64,000 bases of DNA from NCBI GenBank assembly GCA_951406725.2, contig OX597825.1:73470001-73534000 (forward strand), given 5' to 3'. The stretch comes from Octopus vulgaris. Its lineage: Eukaryota. The position numbers and the translations under genes are program-made. The notes beneath the pieces are model-generated. The model was not told the origin of the DNA, searched no databases, and saw nothing but the letters and a program-made list of their open reading frames with translations. How positions within the stretch are numbered: the stretch's first letter is position 1; each line of letters starts with the position of its first letter. Below are positions 27,632 through 41,497 of this stretch, in pieces.

Positions 27632-30600
27632 GTATGTATGTATATCCATACATAGAAACATACACACATGCATGTATACACCAGCATGCCATATATACAT
27701 TTGTGGATATAAATACACACAACACTCAGATGCACACACACACACGTGCACACATACACACACACATATATATTTATATATATGATGCTATTGCTGAGAG
27801 TATCATATTCTATGTTCTTCCATGTTAGTATTCTACGATTTGTTAGTTTTGATGAGATAATACATTATATATACATTAGTTGTAACACGAGAGGCTTAGC
27901 TGCATTTATTTGCTCCAGTGGATAGTCACAGGATATTGTCAAGAATCCATGTGGCGTACAGCAGGTGGTGGGGTGGGGGATTGGGGTAGTGTTCAAGGTG
28001 GTGTATTGACATGCAGCATATTGTGTCGTATGATGTAAGGTGATAATGCATGTATGTGTCTGTATATGTATATGTATGTACATGGATATTGACTACATGA
28101 GTTTTATGCATCTGTACTCAGGTATGTACATTTGATCCCACACACATGTGTAAACACATATAGATGCACACATGCACACACACACACACATACACACGCA
28201 CACACACACACTCTCTCTCTCTCTCTCTCCCTTTCTTTCTTTCTTTCTCTCTCATGCACATAGATGCACACTTTTACATGCATACATACATGCTCTCTCT
28301 CTCTCTCTCTTCCACACACATATGCATACACACGTACCCACTCTTACACATACATTCATATACATGACTACATGCCCACATGTTCATTCTTTCTTTCATT
28401 CACACACACACACGTACACACACACACACGTACACACACACACACGTACACACACACACACGTACACACATACACACATATGCCTACTCTCTCAAATACA
28501 CACACATTGAACACAGACGTGCACATACATGCACACACATGCACATGTATACTCACACATATGGACACGTCTACACTTACATACACACACACATGCATGC
28601 ACACTCTTACACATACTCACTTAACTGGCATTCCATTGATTATGACAGTGAAGGTTCCAGTTGATCCAAAAATAGAGCAACCTGCTCATGAACTCATCAT
28701 GCTAATGTCTGAGCACTCTACAGACACATATATTCTTAATATCACACTGCTATTTCTAGCAGATCAAGAGACCCTGTTCAAGTCCCCTTGCTGGTTCTTC
28801 ATTAAATACAGAATACTTCCCTACTATATTCTCCCAAACGGTTTTTTTCTCTTTTAGTTTTTACTTTCTTCCTGTTCTTTGTCATTAAAGGAAAAATTTA
28901 GTTGCTACAATTACTCCAGGAAATATTGGATTTTAAGTTAGCTAGATTTCTTCACTAACTATGATTCCATTATTGTCTTCCATTATTTTTTCTCAGTTCC
29001 TTAATTTTTCCCCCTTTTTTCTTCGGTATTGTTTTTTTTTAAAACTTATTTCTTGCTTCCTTTCTTGTTTATTTATTATTATTTTTATTCATCATCATCA
29101 TCATCATTGTTATTATTATTATCATTATTATTATTATTATCATTATTATCATTATTATTATTGTTGTTGTTATTTTATTTTTGATTTTTTTATTCTTTCA
29201 AGAGCATTGTCTTTGGGCTGTTTTCAGGAATTAAGCAAAAGAAAAAAAGAAAAGTATATATATAAATAAATAAATAGTTTAAATTAAATTTTGAATTTCA
29301 GTTTGTTTTTAATTCATAAAAAAGATAAAATGTGCATGATGCATATGTATGTATGTATGTATGTATGTATGCATGCATGTATGCATGTATCTATGTATGC
29401 ATGTGTGTGTGTATGTATACATGTATGTGTGTGTGTATGCATGTATGTATGTATTATGTATGTGTGTATGTATGCATGTAGGTACGTCTCTGTGTGTGTG
29501 TTAGTATGTTTGTATGCATGTGTCTGTGTGTGTGTGGATGTGATGTATGTGTCTGCAAATGTGTCTGTGTGTGCATGCATGTGTTTGAATATGTGTGCGT
29601 ACATGTGTGTATGTGTGTGCCCGTGTGTGTATGTGTGATGTGATGCATGTGTTTATATGTCCATGTGTATGCATGTGTGTGAGTGTGTGTGCACGTAAAT
29701 GTGTGTATGTGCTTGCGTGTCTATGTGTATGCATATTGGGGGAATGAGATGTATGTAAGCATATATATCTGTTCTTGTACATTACTGCATGTATATGTAT
29801 GTATTTGTGGGTGCACAGAAATGTGTGAACATGTATATGTGTGCACACACGTATGCATATGTGTGGGTATGTGTGAGCATGTATGTGTACACCCATTATA
29901 ACTGGTTTCTATTGTGATTTTTAAATGTTTAATTAATTTATAAAATTTAACACTTTAACACTCAAACCAATGCAAAAGTAACTCTGATGATGTTTAATGC
30001 TAATTAAAATAACTAATAATTATTATTGATTATACTAATTACAGAGGTCCACACTAAAGCAAATGAAGACCCATGGCCTAGTGGTTAGGGTGTTGTCCTC
30101 ATCATAAGTAATATCAAGGTTTCAGTTCCTGGACCGGGTGTTGCATTGTGTTCTTGAGTAAAACACTTCACTTCATGTCGCTCCAGTCCACTCAGCTGTA
30201 AATGGGTTTCAACAACAGCTGGGGAGTTAACCTTGTGGTAGATCAGCCCCCTGTTCAAGAGTACAGTGATGTAACTACAATGAATCCATTTTCATCATCT
30301 TTGTCATCATCATTGTTGTTGTCATCATCGCCATCATCATTATCATCGTCATCGTCATCATCCTCATCATGAGGATGATGATCGTCGTCGTCATCATCAC
30401 CATCATCATCATTATCATCATCATCATCATTGTCATCATCGTCATCATCAACAACATCATCCACATCATCATTATCATCACCATCACCACCATCATCATC
30501 ATCATCATCATTATCCTCCTCCTCCTCATCATCATCATCATTATCCTCCTCCTCCTCATTATCATCATCATTATCCTCCTCATCATCATCATCAATAACA

Positions 30601-31039
30601 TTGTCATTATCATCAACATCATCATCCATTAAAATCCGTTTTCCTTGCTTGCATGGGTCAGACGGTTTTTATCAGAGCTGGCAAGCCTAAATGCTGCACC
30701 AGATCCCAATTGGGCCTGATTTGGCCTGGTTTCTGCATCTGGACGCCCTTCCCAATGCCAGCCACTTAACAGCTTGCTATCTATATACTGTGGAAATTAA
30801 GCTTGTGGTTCCGATTCCCAGACCAGGCTGTGCATTATGTTTTCTTTCACATTGCTCTGGTCCACCCAGCTATAGGTGAGTAACACTATAAAGGACTGGC
30901 ACCAAGTTCAGGGGGAGTATTGTTATCTCAGTTACTTATAAGCCTTGGTAAGCAGATAACTGGTCTCATGCCACCTTGGGGGTTGAGGCAGTAATATTAT
31001 CTAGGGGTTGATGGTAATGATAACATTAAAGAATTATTT

Positions 31040-31400
31040 TATTCTTTTGTTGTGTTGGTCATTTGACTGAAGCCATGCTGGAGCACTGCCTTAAAGGGAG
31101 TTTTTTAGTTGAACAAATCGATCCAAGGACTTATTCTTTCTAAGCCTTGTACCTAGTCTATCAGTCTCTTTTGCCAAACTGCTAAGTTATGGGAATGTAA
31201 ACAGACCAACATGGGTTACCAAGCAATGATGGGGGTACAAACACAGACACAAAGACACACACACACACACATATATTTGATGGGCATCTTTCAGTTTCTA
31301 TGTACCAAATCCACTCACAATGCCTTAGTTTGTCCAAGGTTATAGTTGAAAGTACTTGCCCAAGGTTCCACGCAGTGGGACTGAACCATATGGTTGGGAG
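31040..31400 (-). mobile_element. SINE family A, diverged
   Basis: Reverse complement of family A. Confidence 0.8.
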
Positions 31401-31450
31401 GCACGCCTGATGCTGATGATGGCATTATAAGCTGCTCGAATTTTTTGGAA

Positions 31451-31564
<114 letters not shown>

Positions 31565-32065
31565 AATGTGTATTACTGTCTCCTTGCCTTGATATTGCAT
31601 GATGGTAGCAAGTGAGTGTTGCTGTCATTCATTTCCAATCTTCCAAGACATTGTCTAGTTGTGGGAAAATATTACCTTACTTGGAAATCAGGTGAGGATT
31701 GGCAACAGGAAAGGCATTCAGCTGTCGAAAATCTGCATCAACGAATTTCATGTGAGCATGGAAAAGTGTATGTTAAAATGATGATAATGTTGATAATAAC
31801 AAGGATGATGATGATGATGATGATATTGATGTTCCAATGTCCCTTCATTTTCTGCTTTCAACCTGTATAATATGTCATTTGAGGGAGATTTGGGTATTAT
31901 TTTGTGTAGGTTGTGGGTTGATATTCTAGTTACTAGCAATGATTATAATTCCTGTTAAAGTGATGTACTAAAGAAAACTGAGATTTGACGTTACTTGTTT
32001 TTTACCTTCCAGGGGACATAATTCAATGAAGTTATAACGAGTGAAATAATGTAATAAATGATGGT

Positions 32066-32080
32066 AGCGCCATCTGTTGG
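32066..32080 (-). promoter_or_regulatory. Candidate CTCF binding motif
   Basis: Minus strand CCAACAGATGGCGCT, close to the CTCF core CCASYAGRKGGCRS, in unique AT-rich sequence. Confidence 0.45.
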
Positions 32081-32460
32081 TAGAAGAATGATACACAATC
32101 ATGAGCTATGTATAACATTTAAATTCAGTTAAGAGAAGTCTTTGATAGACGGCTAAGTGAAGGAAATTTCTTTTTATATAATTACTTTAACTATCTGAGA
32201 ATTACAACAGCAACAAAAAATAATAACAAGAACAGCAACAACAACATCAATGCCAATAGCTACATAGGAAGCAGAACAATCTGAACGATGTTTGAAAGCT
32301 GTTGTCAACATTGTCATCATCATCATCATCATCATCATCATCACTGTCATCATCATCATCATCATCAATAGTTTATTGTTGTTTACAACATCATTGTTGT
32401 CATTGTCATCATTGACATCATCGTCGTCATCATCATCATCATTGTCATGAGATCTCTTAG

Positions 32461-32512
<52 letters not shown>

Positions 32513-32580
32513 CTATGGACTCCGTGTGGGCAGTCATCTAAGAGTTTTTGTTCATCTTGATGCTGACATAAGTTCCTTGT

Positions 32581-32663
32581 TTTTCCTGATGAGAAGGCGG
32601 CATAATGCACCCCTTATTCCTTCGAAATTAGGAATATGCAGCCTTCGAAACATATGTCGAGAA
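32581..32663 (+). ncRNA. Type I hammerhead ribozyme motif (Penelope-type, extended stem II)
   Basis: ttttc-CTGATGA-GAAGGC...GCCTTC-GAAA-C ATAT G-TC-gagaa. The core is intact, stems I and II pair, and stem III is palindromic (ACATATGT). AATAAA follows. Predicted cleavage after C32658. Confidence 0.85.
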
Positions 32664-32859
32664 TAAAGTAATTTTGTTAAATCGTCGTTCAACTCCATTC
32701 TTTCATTTATTTGTATTAAAAAAACACACAAATTTCCACACGAAAGCACGTGATCTCTGCCCTTGGCATGTAGCTTCAACCGTGTTTTTCTGACATGAAT
32801 TTGGTACCCAGGTATCGGTTAACCGAATTATCCATACTAAGATAATTCATTCAACTACC

Positions 32860-32908
<49 letters not shown>

Positions 32909-33001
32909 ATATATATATTTATGCATTTAGGGCTCATCAGCAGTTGTCTTAGAGATATCTACGATGCATCAGAAATTTTAGTCTCATCACCAGATGCTCT
33001 T

Positions 33002-33058
<57 letters not shown>

Positions 33059-33154
33059 AAAAATAGGATAAAATTTTTATAAGAATTTATCAAGTAGTTA
33101 GTGTGAAAACCTCATAAGGGAAAAATCCATCAATTTATTCCTCTTAAATATATT

Positions 33155-33328
33155 TACTTATATTAAGGGCATTACTATACATAAATGCCTCATGCTAGGA
33201 GGGACTTTTAAAGTCAAAACTACCATAATAAATATTATTATCATTATTTACTTATTATTGTAGTTTTTACTTTAAAAGTCCCGCCTAGCGTGAGGCATTT
33301 ATGTATAGTAATGTCCTTAATATAAGTA
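33155..33328. repeat. Long inverted repeat (77-bp arms, 20-nt spacer)
   Basis: tacttatattaagggcattactatacataaatgcctca...ataataa / ttattatt...tgaggcatttatgtatagtaatgtccttaatataagta. Confidence 0.95.
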
Positions 33329-33787
33329 TATATATGTACAAAGTTTTAGTAATTTAGGGGTCACCAGATGTCTTTAGTACATGCTCAATGCCATCAGGTT
33401 TGCTTAATTTATTTTATTTTTATAGTTTAGTCAGATGAAGAAAGGAAGATCCAGAGCACTTTTTCAGGGTCTTAGAGTCTAGGGGGAGAAAATGGGAAAG
33501 ATTTTGTTAATTGAAGGATAATCTGAATACCTGCTGTAAATTAGACTCCCCTAATGACACCCAAGGGCCTTGTCCTGATGTTATGGCCCATCACCTGATG
33601 TCTATAACACCTGGTGTGTGTCTGGGGGGGATCCATAATTTACTGATGCAATGCACATATACCAAAGACATCTGGTTGAAAGCCCCTTAGTTATTGAAAC
33701 GTTGTATACACACAAAAGACATCTAATAAACCCTAACCTACTCTTTTCTACTCTAGGCACAAAGCCCAAAATTTTTTGGGAGGGGAG

Positions 33788-34140
33788 CATTCGATTAGAT
33801 TGACCCCAGTGAGTAACTGGTACTTAATTTATCAACCCCAAAAGGATGGAAAGCAAAGTCGGCCTTGGTGGAATTTGAACTCAGAACATAAAAGCAGGTG
33901 AAATACCTATTTCTTTATTACCCACAAGGGGCTAAACACAGAGAAGACAAACAAGGACAGACAAACGGATTAAGTTGATTATATCGACCCCAGTGCATAA
34001 CTTGTACTTATTTAATTGACCTCGAAAGGATGAAAGGCAAAGTCGACCTTGGCGGAATTTGAACTCAGAACGTAACAGCAGATGAAATACCGCTAAGCAT
34101 TTTGCCCGGCATGCTACCGATTCTGCCAGCTCGCCACCTT
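33788..34140 (-). mobile_element. Two adjacent or nested SINE family B copies
   Basis: The segment aggatg(g/a)aa..caaagtc..ccttgg.ggaatttgaactcagaac occurs twice. Confidence 0.8.
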
Positions 34141-34947
34141 CAAGAGAAATATCACTAAGCATTTCATCTGGCATGCTAATAAACCCTAACATACTGAGCA
34201 TTGAATATATACCAAAGACATTTCCAACCAGAAGGAGACAAATTAGATTTACTCTCTTATAATAAGCACAATCCATTAGTGTTTGTACACCCAGTTCCAG
34301 ACAAAATCTATGGGTTGAATCTAGGCTATTATTAAAGACACTTGCCCAAGAATACACAATGTAGGAACGAACCCAGAATAGTGCCATTCTGAAGTACACT
34401 TCTAAACTTCATGACTTCATGACAATGCCTGCATCCCCATGAAAACTTGCTTTATTTTCTCTTTCACTAAACACTTTTATATATTACCAAACCACAATAC
34501 ATTGTTTCATATTTTAAATAGATTCACTGGAAAGTTTTCATACTCTACTTTAAATGCAATAATTTTACTCATTGCTTGTCGTTGCTCTCTGACTGAAGTT
34601 CTTCCCCCATCCGTCGAGAGGAGAATGAGAATATTCTTTTTCTTTGAAGCAAAGAATTTAAGTGGTGTTGTTCCAAGTCTCAAAGGAATAGAAACAATGG
34701 GGGAAAATAATGCAGTTATTTATAGAGGAAGAAATTACCATTCTTCCTCAATAAATCGCAACATAATATTTTTCTTTTTAATGAAAATGGTAACAAATGT
34801 AGTTTTCTGAAAATGGCGCCATCTACTTTGTCAGCCTGACTCTCTCTCTCTCTCTCTCTCGCTCTCTCTCACCCTCTCTGTCACCCTAAAATCTATCTAT
34901 CTGCTGTCTGTCTGTCTGTTTGTCTTCTGTTTGTCTGTCTATCTGTG

Positions 34948-34978
<31 letters not shown>

Positions 34979-35100
34979 CTACCTACCTAACTACCTACCT
35001 CTCTATCTCTCTATTTATGTGTCAGTCTGTCTGTCTATCTGTCTGTCTATCTATCTATCTATTTATCTATCCATCCATCCATCCATCTCTCTCTCTATAC

Positions 35101-35191
<91 letters not shown>

Positions 35192-35959
35192 ATACAAACA
35201 GTAAGGTATGAAATTCTAGAACAAATGGTTAATGTCTATAATTTGATTCTAAAGTGGTCACATGACCTCTTATTTATATATTTATTTATTTATTTTAAAA
35301 TTTTCCTCTAAGAATCTACAAAAGTGCAGTCTCAGGAGATATAATCCATTTGTTTGTTGCGATATTTAATTTTTATTCCATATTTCAAAAAAAAAACAAA
35401 ACTGAAAAACAACAATATATAAATAAAATAAGTAAAAACCCACAACTTGCCATGCATTTCGCCAACATTAGAACCATTATTTCCATAAACTGCACTAACA
35501 TTACCCCTCCCCCACCCCACCACGACACTATTATACAATACCACACTAGCAACAAAAAGCATGTCCTTTTAACTTTAGTTCAATCATAAAATAAATATTG
35601 CCAAGTTGAGTTCTTGTTAAATGCAGCATTTTGCTATTATCAGATTAAATAAAATATTTGCCATAATCTTTAGAAGTTTTAGAAGTGGTGGAATTTTCTT
35701 TCAGGTCAGCAAAGAATTAAAGAAAGAGCATCTCTTATAATTGCTGTTTGACAGACTTCGGTATTCTCTTTCTCACCTAAAATGGTTGTTATTTCGGTGC
35801 TTTTAAACCTCTGTCAGAGTTATGGCCATCAAGATTGCCTGATAAAGACAGGCAAAATTTTTTATTGTATTACCTAATATAGGTTTATAGTTTATGGTGT
35901 ATAAACTATTTCTTTATTTCTTTGCTTTTGGAGGTCAGTTTTAGAAATATTGGGTAAGA

Positions 35960-36420
35960 CAATAAATAACCAGTACTCTGTCGGTTATGACGATGAGGAT
36001 TCCAGTTGATTCAGTCATCATTGTTCGACCGTGGTCGAGACAATGGAATTTACCATTACGGAGGTCCTGTTGCTGGATGCCTGTATCCCTGGAGATTACA
36101 TCAGGGTAGTAGAGCGTGTGCCCTCTGGTATCGCGAGTAGATGGCTTCCAGAGGAGAAGAGTAGAAATTGCCTCGTTTTCAGCTCTACAACAATGTCCAG
36201 CAAACTGGACTCTCTGACCTTTCACAAGAGATGACACAGGTGGTAGTTTCCCATATATTTGCATTTTGGTTGGATGACACTTCCACGAGAGATTTTGAGC
36301 TCTCATAAGGAGGAGGCGAGTGTAGGTTCCATCCAACCGTCTCTCAATCTTCTTTGATAACGTCCAGGTTTCTGAGCCATATAGTAGAATTGGTTCAACT
36401 GTGGCTTTGAAGATTGATTC
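35960..36420 (-). mobile_element. RTE-clade LINE, reverse transcriptase C-terminal fragment
   Basis: ORF IFKATVEPILLYGSETWTLSKKIERRLDGTYTRLL..RAQNLSWK..QRVQFAGHCCR..LLLWKP, typical of RTE ORF2 C-termini. Confidence 0.88.
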
Positions 36421-36716
36421 AATCAACTCATTAGCCTGCTTGAGAAATTAATTTGCAAGTGGTTGAGTACCCCAGAGATGTGTGTCCTCTTAATGCAGTT
36501 CCCAGGCAGATTCAGCATGACAAAGAATGTGACAAGGTTGACCCTTTGAATTACAGGAACCACTCGTTTTTATCAGCTGAGTGGACTGGAACAGTGTGAA
36601 TTAAAGTATCTGTGTATCAATCTGTCTGTCTGTCTGTCTTTCTATCTGTCTGTCTGTCTGTCTATCTATCTGCCTGCCTGCCTGCCTGCCTATCTGTCTG
36701 TCTATCTATTTGCCTG

Positions 36717-36802
<86 letters not shown>

Positions 36803-37459
36803 CTATCTATCTGCCTGTCTGTTTGTCTGTCTTTCTGTCTATCTATCTGTTTATCTATCTATCTATCTATCTATCTAACTATCGGTCTCCCCCAAAATTG
36901 CTGGCCTTGTGCCAAAAATTTGAAATCAATAAGAGTAACCCTTTTTAAAAGTATGTAAAACTACCTTATCCAAAATGTGCTTTTATTGAATTCAAAGCAG
37001 TAAAGTGTGATTTGGGGGAGATTTGGCTGCTAGTTCTAGCAACTTCTTGCTGTTTAGTCCCAGGTGAACCACAATCAAGCAGATCTATGATCAAAGTTAT
37101 TCCTGTCGTGACCATCCTCTTTTTCATGTCTTTTTCATGTCCTACCACAATTGTGTACAGATCTCCTCTTTAATGTCTTAAAACAGAAAGAATACATTGG
37201 GCCATGTAGTCTTAGATGGACTATACCTGAAAAGGTGCTCACGGAAAGAGTGCTTTTGATCATAGGCTTTGTTAATCAGGGCTGACACAGAGAATAAACA
37301 ACAACAACAACAGCAGCAAAAACAACAACTCAGTCTTTCATCATGAAACAACAAGTTAACAAATATTGAATTCAAATCCAGGAATGAAAGCCACTACACT
37401 ACTGCTAATATTTAGTTTAAGTCAAGCATTTTGTCCCTTGTTAACTTTACTAGAGTGTA

Positions 37460-37720
37460 CATCATCATCATCATCGTTTAACGTCCGTTTTCTGCACTAG
37501 CACGGGTTGGACGGTCGACCGGGGTCTGGGAAGCCAGGGTCTGCTCCAGGCTCCAGTCTGATCTGGCAGAGTTTCTACGGCTGGATGCCCTTCCTAACGC
37601 CAACCACTCCGTATAGTGGGTGCTTTTTACGTGCCACCTGCACAGGTGCCAGGGGGGGTCCGGCATCGGTCACGATCGGTAGGAGCTTTTAACGTGCCAG
37701 CGGCACTGAAGCCAGCCAAC
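37460..37720 (-). mobile_element. Family C retroposon copy
   Basis: Reverse complement of the family C tail. Further partial copies near 4420-4600, 20510-20710, 30630-30780 and 41340-41500. Confidence 0.75.
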
Positions 37721-38259
37721 GTAAAAGTTTACAGGTAAAAATTATTCTGGTTGGACAACACAAGGAAATTGATAAATAAATAGAGTTGGTAAAGTGCAGA
37801 ATCAGTGTGTTAAACGTATAAAATATGGAGAAAGAGAAAGAACGGTAAGTCAAGATTTTGTAAAAGAATGAAGAAAACATTGCAACCATTCCAAACCGAA
37901 TTGCAAAATGGTAAATTGTAACTTCAGAGGTCCGTGATGCAAAATGAATCATTCGTACCACAGTAAGCGTGCTAAGATGAAAAGAATAAATGCATAATAA
38001 TGAGTCGATGTTTATCTAACATCACCTAGTAGAATCAATAAAGTGTCCCCTCGGACAAGGCGACGGAAACTTAATAATCGATGTGGGAGTGATAAACGTC
38101 ACATAATAGAATTGTGTCCTTTGATTGGCTGACACTTAATAGACAATGTCTTGCGTTGAGACAACTGGAGTTGTCTCCGTCATCAACACAAAAGGAGGTA
38201 ACAGGGAAGGAGCAAAAGAAGAAGGTAAAAAAAATGGAGGAAAAATGGGATGTTGTGAT

Positions 38260-39060
38260 GTTTGAAACAATGTTAGATTAACTACTGTTGTTGATGGCTC
38301 CCCACTTCCTTTCTCCAGGCCACACCCACTAAGATCTTACTGTTTTGAGGATTATACAATTCTATGGGTACCTTTATTTCCCGTCTTCAAAGTGAACAGG
38401 AAATGATCTTCCTCTCTAGCACACTTACACCTGCAGGCTTTAGCAATTGACTTGTTTTCTTCTAAACCACGTATACATCTCCACTAGACATTTTACATTT
38501 CACCTACATTCTCTCCCATACACTCACACCTACATACCTAATCAAATACACAATTCACTTAATTTATATCCACCTACATAGACACACTTCATACATAATT
38601 AATTTCATTTACTTCAAACCTCACCCTTTCCCACAATCAATAGCATTTTGCGCTCACACATAAACACACACATATACACACCGCTCACTAGCATATTGCC
38701 TCATTCATCAAACTCTTACAACTCTACCTTGCCCTCCCCTACAGATGTACTTCACACGTACCTCCTGTCACAAACCTATCCTTTATCATACTTATTTTTC
38801 AGGCTTACTTCCTTTACTTCTCTGTCTCTGCAAACAATAAGTTCTTCACCTCCCTATATTCTCACATGTCACTCCAGCATGGTGTACCACTCAATAAACA
38901 AACACCATCTTTTCACCTTCCATTGTTTTCCCAATTTTTTTTTCCTATCTTGATGAAGGACCATTGTCTGAAACGTCAGTTTATCTTATTTTTCCTTTCC
39001 TTCACAATATTTGATACATTGACTCTGTCCATCATCATTTTTTTTACTTTGGCTGTTATA
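38260..39060 (+). mobile_element. Penelope-like retroelement 3' remnant (GIY-YIG endonuclease C-terminus, 3' UTR, hammerhead)
   Basis: 38294-38450 translates, with a stop and a frameshift, to MAPHFLSPGHTH*DLTVLRII...SRLQSEQEMIFLSSTLTPAGFSN*. This matches the PLE pattern VAxHFNSPGHSxxDL...RxxxEQxLIFxLGTLxPxGLN. Confidence 0.7.
38946..38980 (+). ncRNA. Degenerate minimal hammerhead motif at the 3' end of a Penelope-like element
   Basis: ct-TGATGA-a-GGAC catt GTCT-GAAA-CG-TC-ag. C3 is missing or mutated. Lies about 500 nt downstream of a GIY-YIG remnant. Confidence 0.6.
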
Positions 39061-39214
39061 TACTATTGACGCATGTATACTATATACATATATACTATTG
39101 ACGTATACTATAACATATATACTATAGATGCATGTATAACATATATACTATTGACACATATATGTGATGTCTGTTAAGTAGACCCATTGACATTAAAACA
39201 TTCATAGTCACACT

Positions 39215-40135
39215 TACCACTACTACGATGACAACGGCGACCACTACTGCCACCACAAACATCAACATCCCACCACCACCACCACCAACAACACCATGAC
39301 AACCACCATGACTACCAACATTGACACCACTACCATCACCACCACAACCACCAACACTAATACCACTACTACCGCCACCATAACCACCAACACTGCTACC
39401 ATATGATCACCGACGCTACCACCACTGCAGCCATGACCACCATCACCAACAACAACAGCTCTACCACCACTACAACCACCAACACTTATACCACTACTAC
39501 TACTACTACAACTATCAACACCAGCACCAATACCACTACTACCACCACGACGACCATCAATATTAATATCAGTACCACTACCACCCTCACCACCACCACC
39601 ACCACCACCACAACAACCGCCACCACCGCCACCACCACCACCACGATCACTATTATCTCTGCTACTATTACCACTACAACCACCTACACCTACACCAACA
39701 CTACCACAACCACCAACATCAACACCACCACTACCACCAACACAACCACCAACACTGATATCAGTACTACTACCACTACTACCACCACCACTACAACCAC
39801 TAACACAAACATCACCACTAGCAAGACCACCAACAATGACACCCCTACCAACCACCACCACCACCACCACCACCACCACCACCACAACTACTAACACTAA
39901 CACTAACACCAACAATGACACTGCTACCAACCACCAACAGTACCAGCACCACCGCCACAACCACCACCAACAATAACACCACCACCACCACTACACCACC
40001 ACAGCTAACACCAACATCACCACTACCACGACGACGACGACGGCCACTACCACCACCACCGCCACTGCCGCAACCACCGCCGCCACCACCACCAATACCA
40101 CCACCACCACCACCACCAATACCACACAACCTGCA
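39215..40135. repeat. Degenerate (CAC/ACC/ACT)n low-complexity tract
   Basis: Source of the poly-Thr/Gly/Val pseudo-ORFs. Confidence 0.95.
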
Positions 40136-40596
40136 CGACATCACAACACTTCAGTGTTTATTGTAAACATAGGTAATTAATCAGCCATACGTTAGTGTGT
40201 CTAAATCTACATTAAAAAAACCCCACATGTAAACAAACATAGGTGTCGGTGCTCTAACATAAATACATGTTATTCATATCCATACATGTTAGTGATCTAT
40301 TGTAAACATATCAATTATTGATCATCGCCCGATAGGTTTCCAGGTCACTTTCTAATCAAATGTTCTTCTTGTCTGGCACAGTTCTTCTGCTGCTTTTTTG
40401 TTCCAGGCCAGATAAGTGTAACGCTTCGTTAATATTTAAGTGGAAAGAAACTACCAGAATATTAGAAAGTAATGTAGAAAAATAAAAAAAAAATTTAATT
40501 TGTCGTCATCATCATCATCATCATCATTGTTGTTGTTGTCGCCTTTGTTACTGTTGTTGTTGTTGTCATCGTCTTCACCTTTATAGTCATACCGTT

Positions 40597-41028
40597 GTCT
40601 TCTTCTTCTTCTTCTTCTTCATCATTTTCTTCTTCTTCTTTATTTTCTTCTTCTTCTTCTTCATTTTCTTCTTTATTTTCTTCTTTATTTTCTCTTTCTT
40701 TATTTTCTTCTTCTTCTTCTTCATTTTCTTCTTCTTCTTGTTCTTCTTCATTTTCTTCTTTATTTTCTTCTTCTTCTTCTTCTTGTTGTTCTTCTTCTTG
40801 TTGTTCTTCTTCATTTTCTTCTTCTTCATTTTCTTCTTGTTCTTCTTGTTCTTGTTCTTGTTCTTCTTCTTCATTTTCTTCTTCTTCATTTTCTTCTTCT
40901 TCATTTTCTTCTTCTTCTTCTTCTTCTTCATTTTCTTCTTCTTCATTTTCTTCTTCTTCTTCTTCTTCTTCTTCTTCTTCTTCTTCTTCTCCTCCTCCTC
41001 CTTCTTCTTTTTCATCTTCTTCTTCTTC
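40597..41028. repeat. (CTT)n pyrimidine tract with higher-order cattttcttctt units
   Basis: About 430 bp polypyrimidine/polypurine. Confidence 0.95.
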
Positions 41029-41182
41029 ATGTGGTTGGGGAGCAAGTTTCTTGCCTTGTCACATACCTGTATTTCAAAGGGCCAGCCTTTGTCACATACC
41101 TGTATTTCAACCACTCTCCTTCTTTCCTTCCTTCTTTCATTCTCCCTCTCTCTCTCTCATTCCCACTTATTCTCTCCCTTGC

Positions 41183-41224
<42 letters not shown>

Positions 41225-41497
41225 ACTCTGTCTGTCTCTGACAGGAGTAACCATGTATCTCCTCAACAGCAAGACACCTGTTTCTGTGCCTGTGTCTACA
41301 TTGGCCCCACCTGTCACCAGGCACAAGGCCAGGTCCCTCAATGCTACACTCCTCTCAAAGGACCTTTGTTTTGCAAGTTACTTGGTGACCTCATAGTGCT
41401 TGATGCCACATAAAAAGGTACCCAGTGCATTCTGTAAAGTGGTTGGCACTATAAAACGGAAGAGTAACTCCTGTCAAACTACCCAAAACATGCTAGC

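Noticed and set aside
32930-32945. Minus-strand CTGATGAG
   Set aside because: It runs into a TA tract with no GAAA or stem partner.
37860-37915. Faint resemblance to the pore exon (NSVW..MVAMF), suggesting a mutually exclusive exon
   Set aside because: It requires a frameshift, lacks GYGD and lacks splice sites.
39262-41241. Gly-, Thr-, Lys- and Ser-rich long ORFs resembling mucin or structural proteins
   Set aside because: They are open in several frames on both strands because of triplet repeats, with no splice or domain support.
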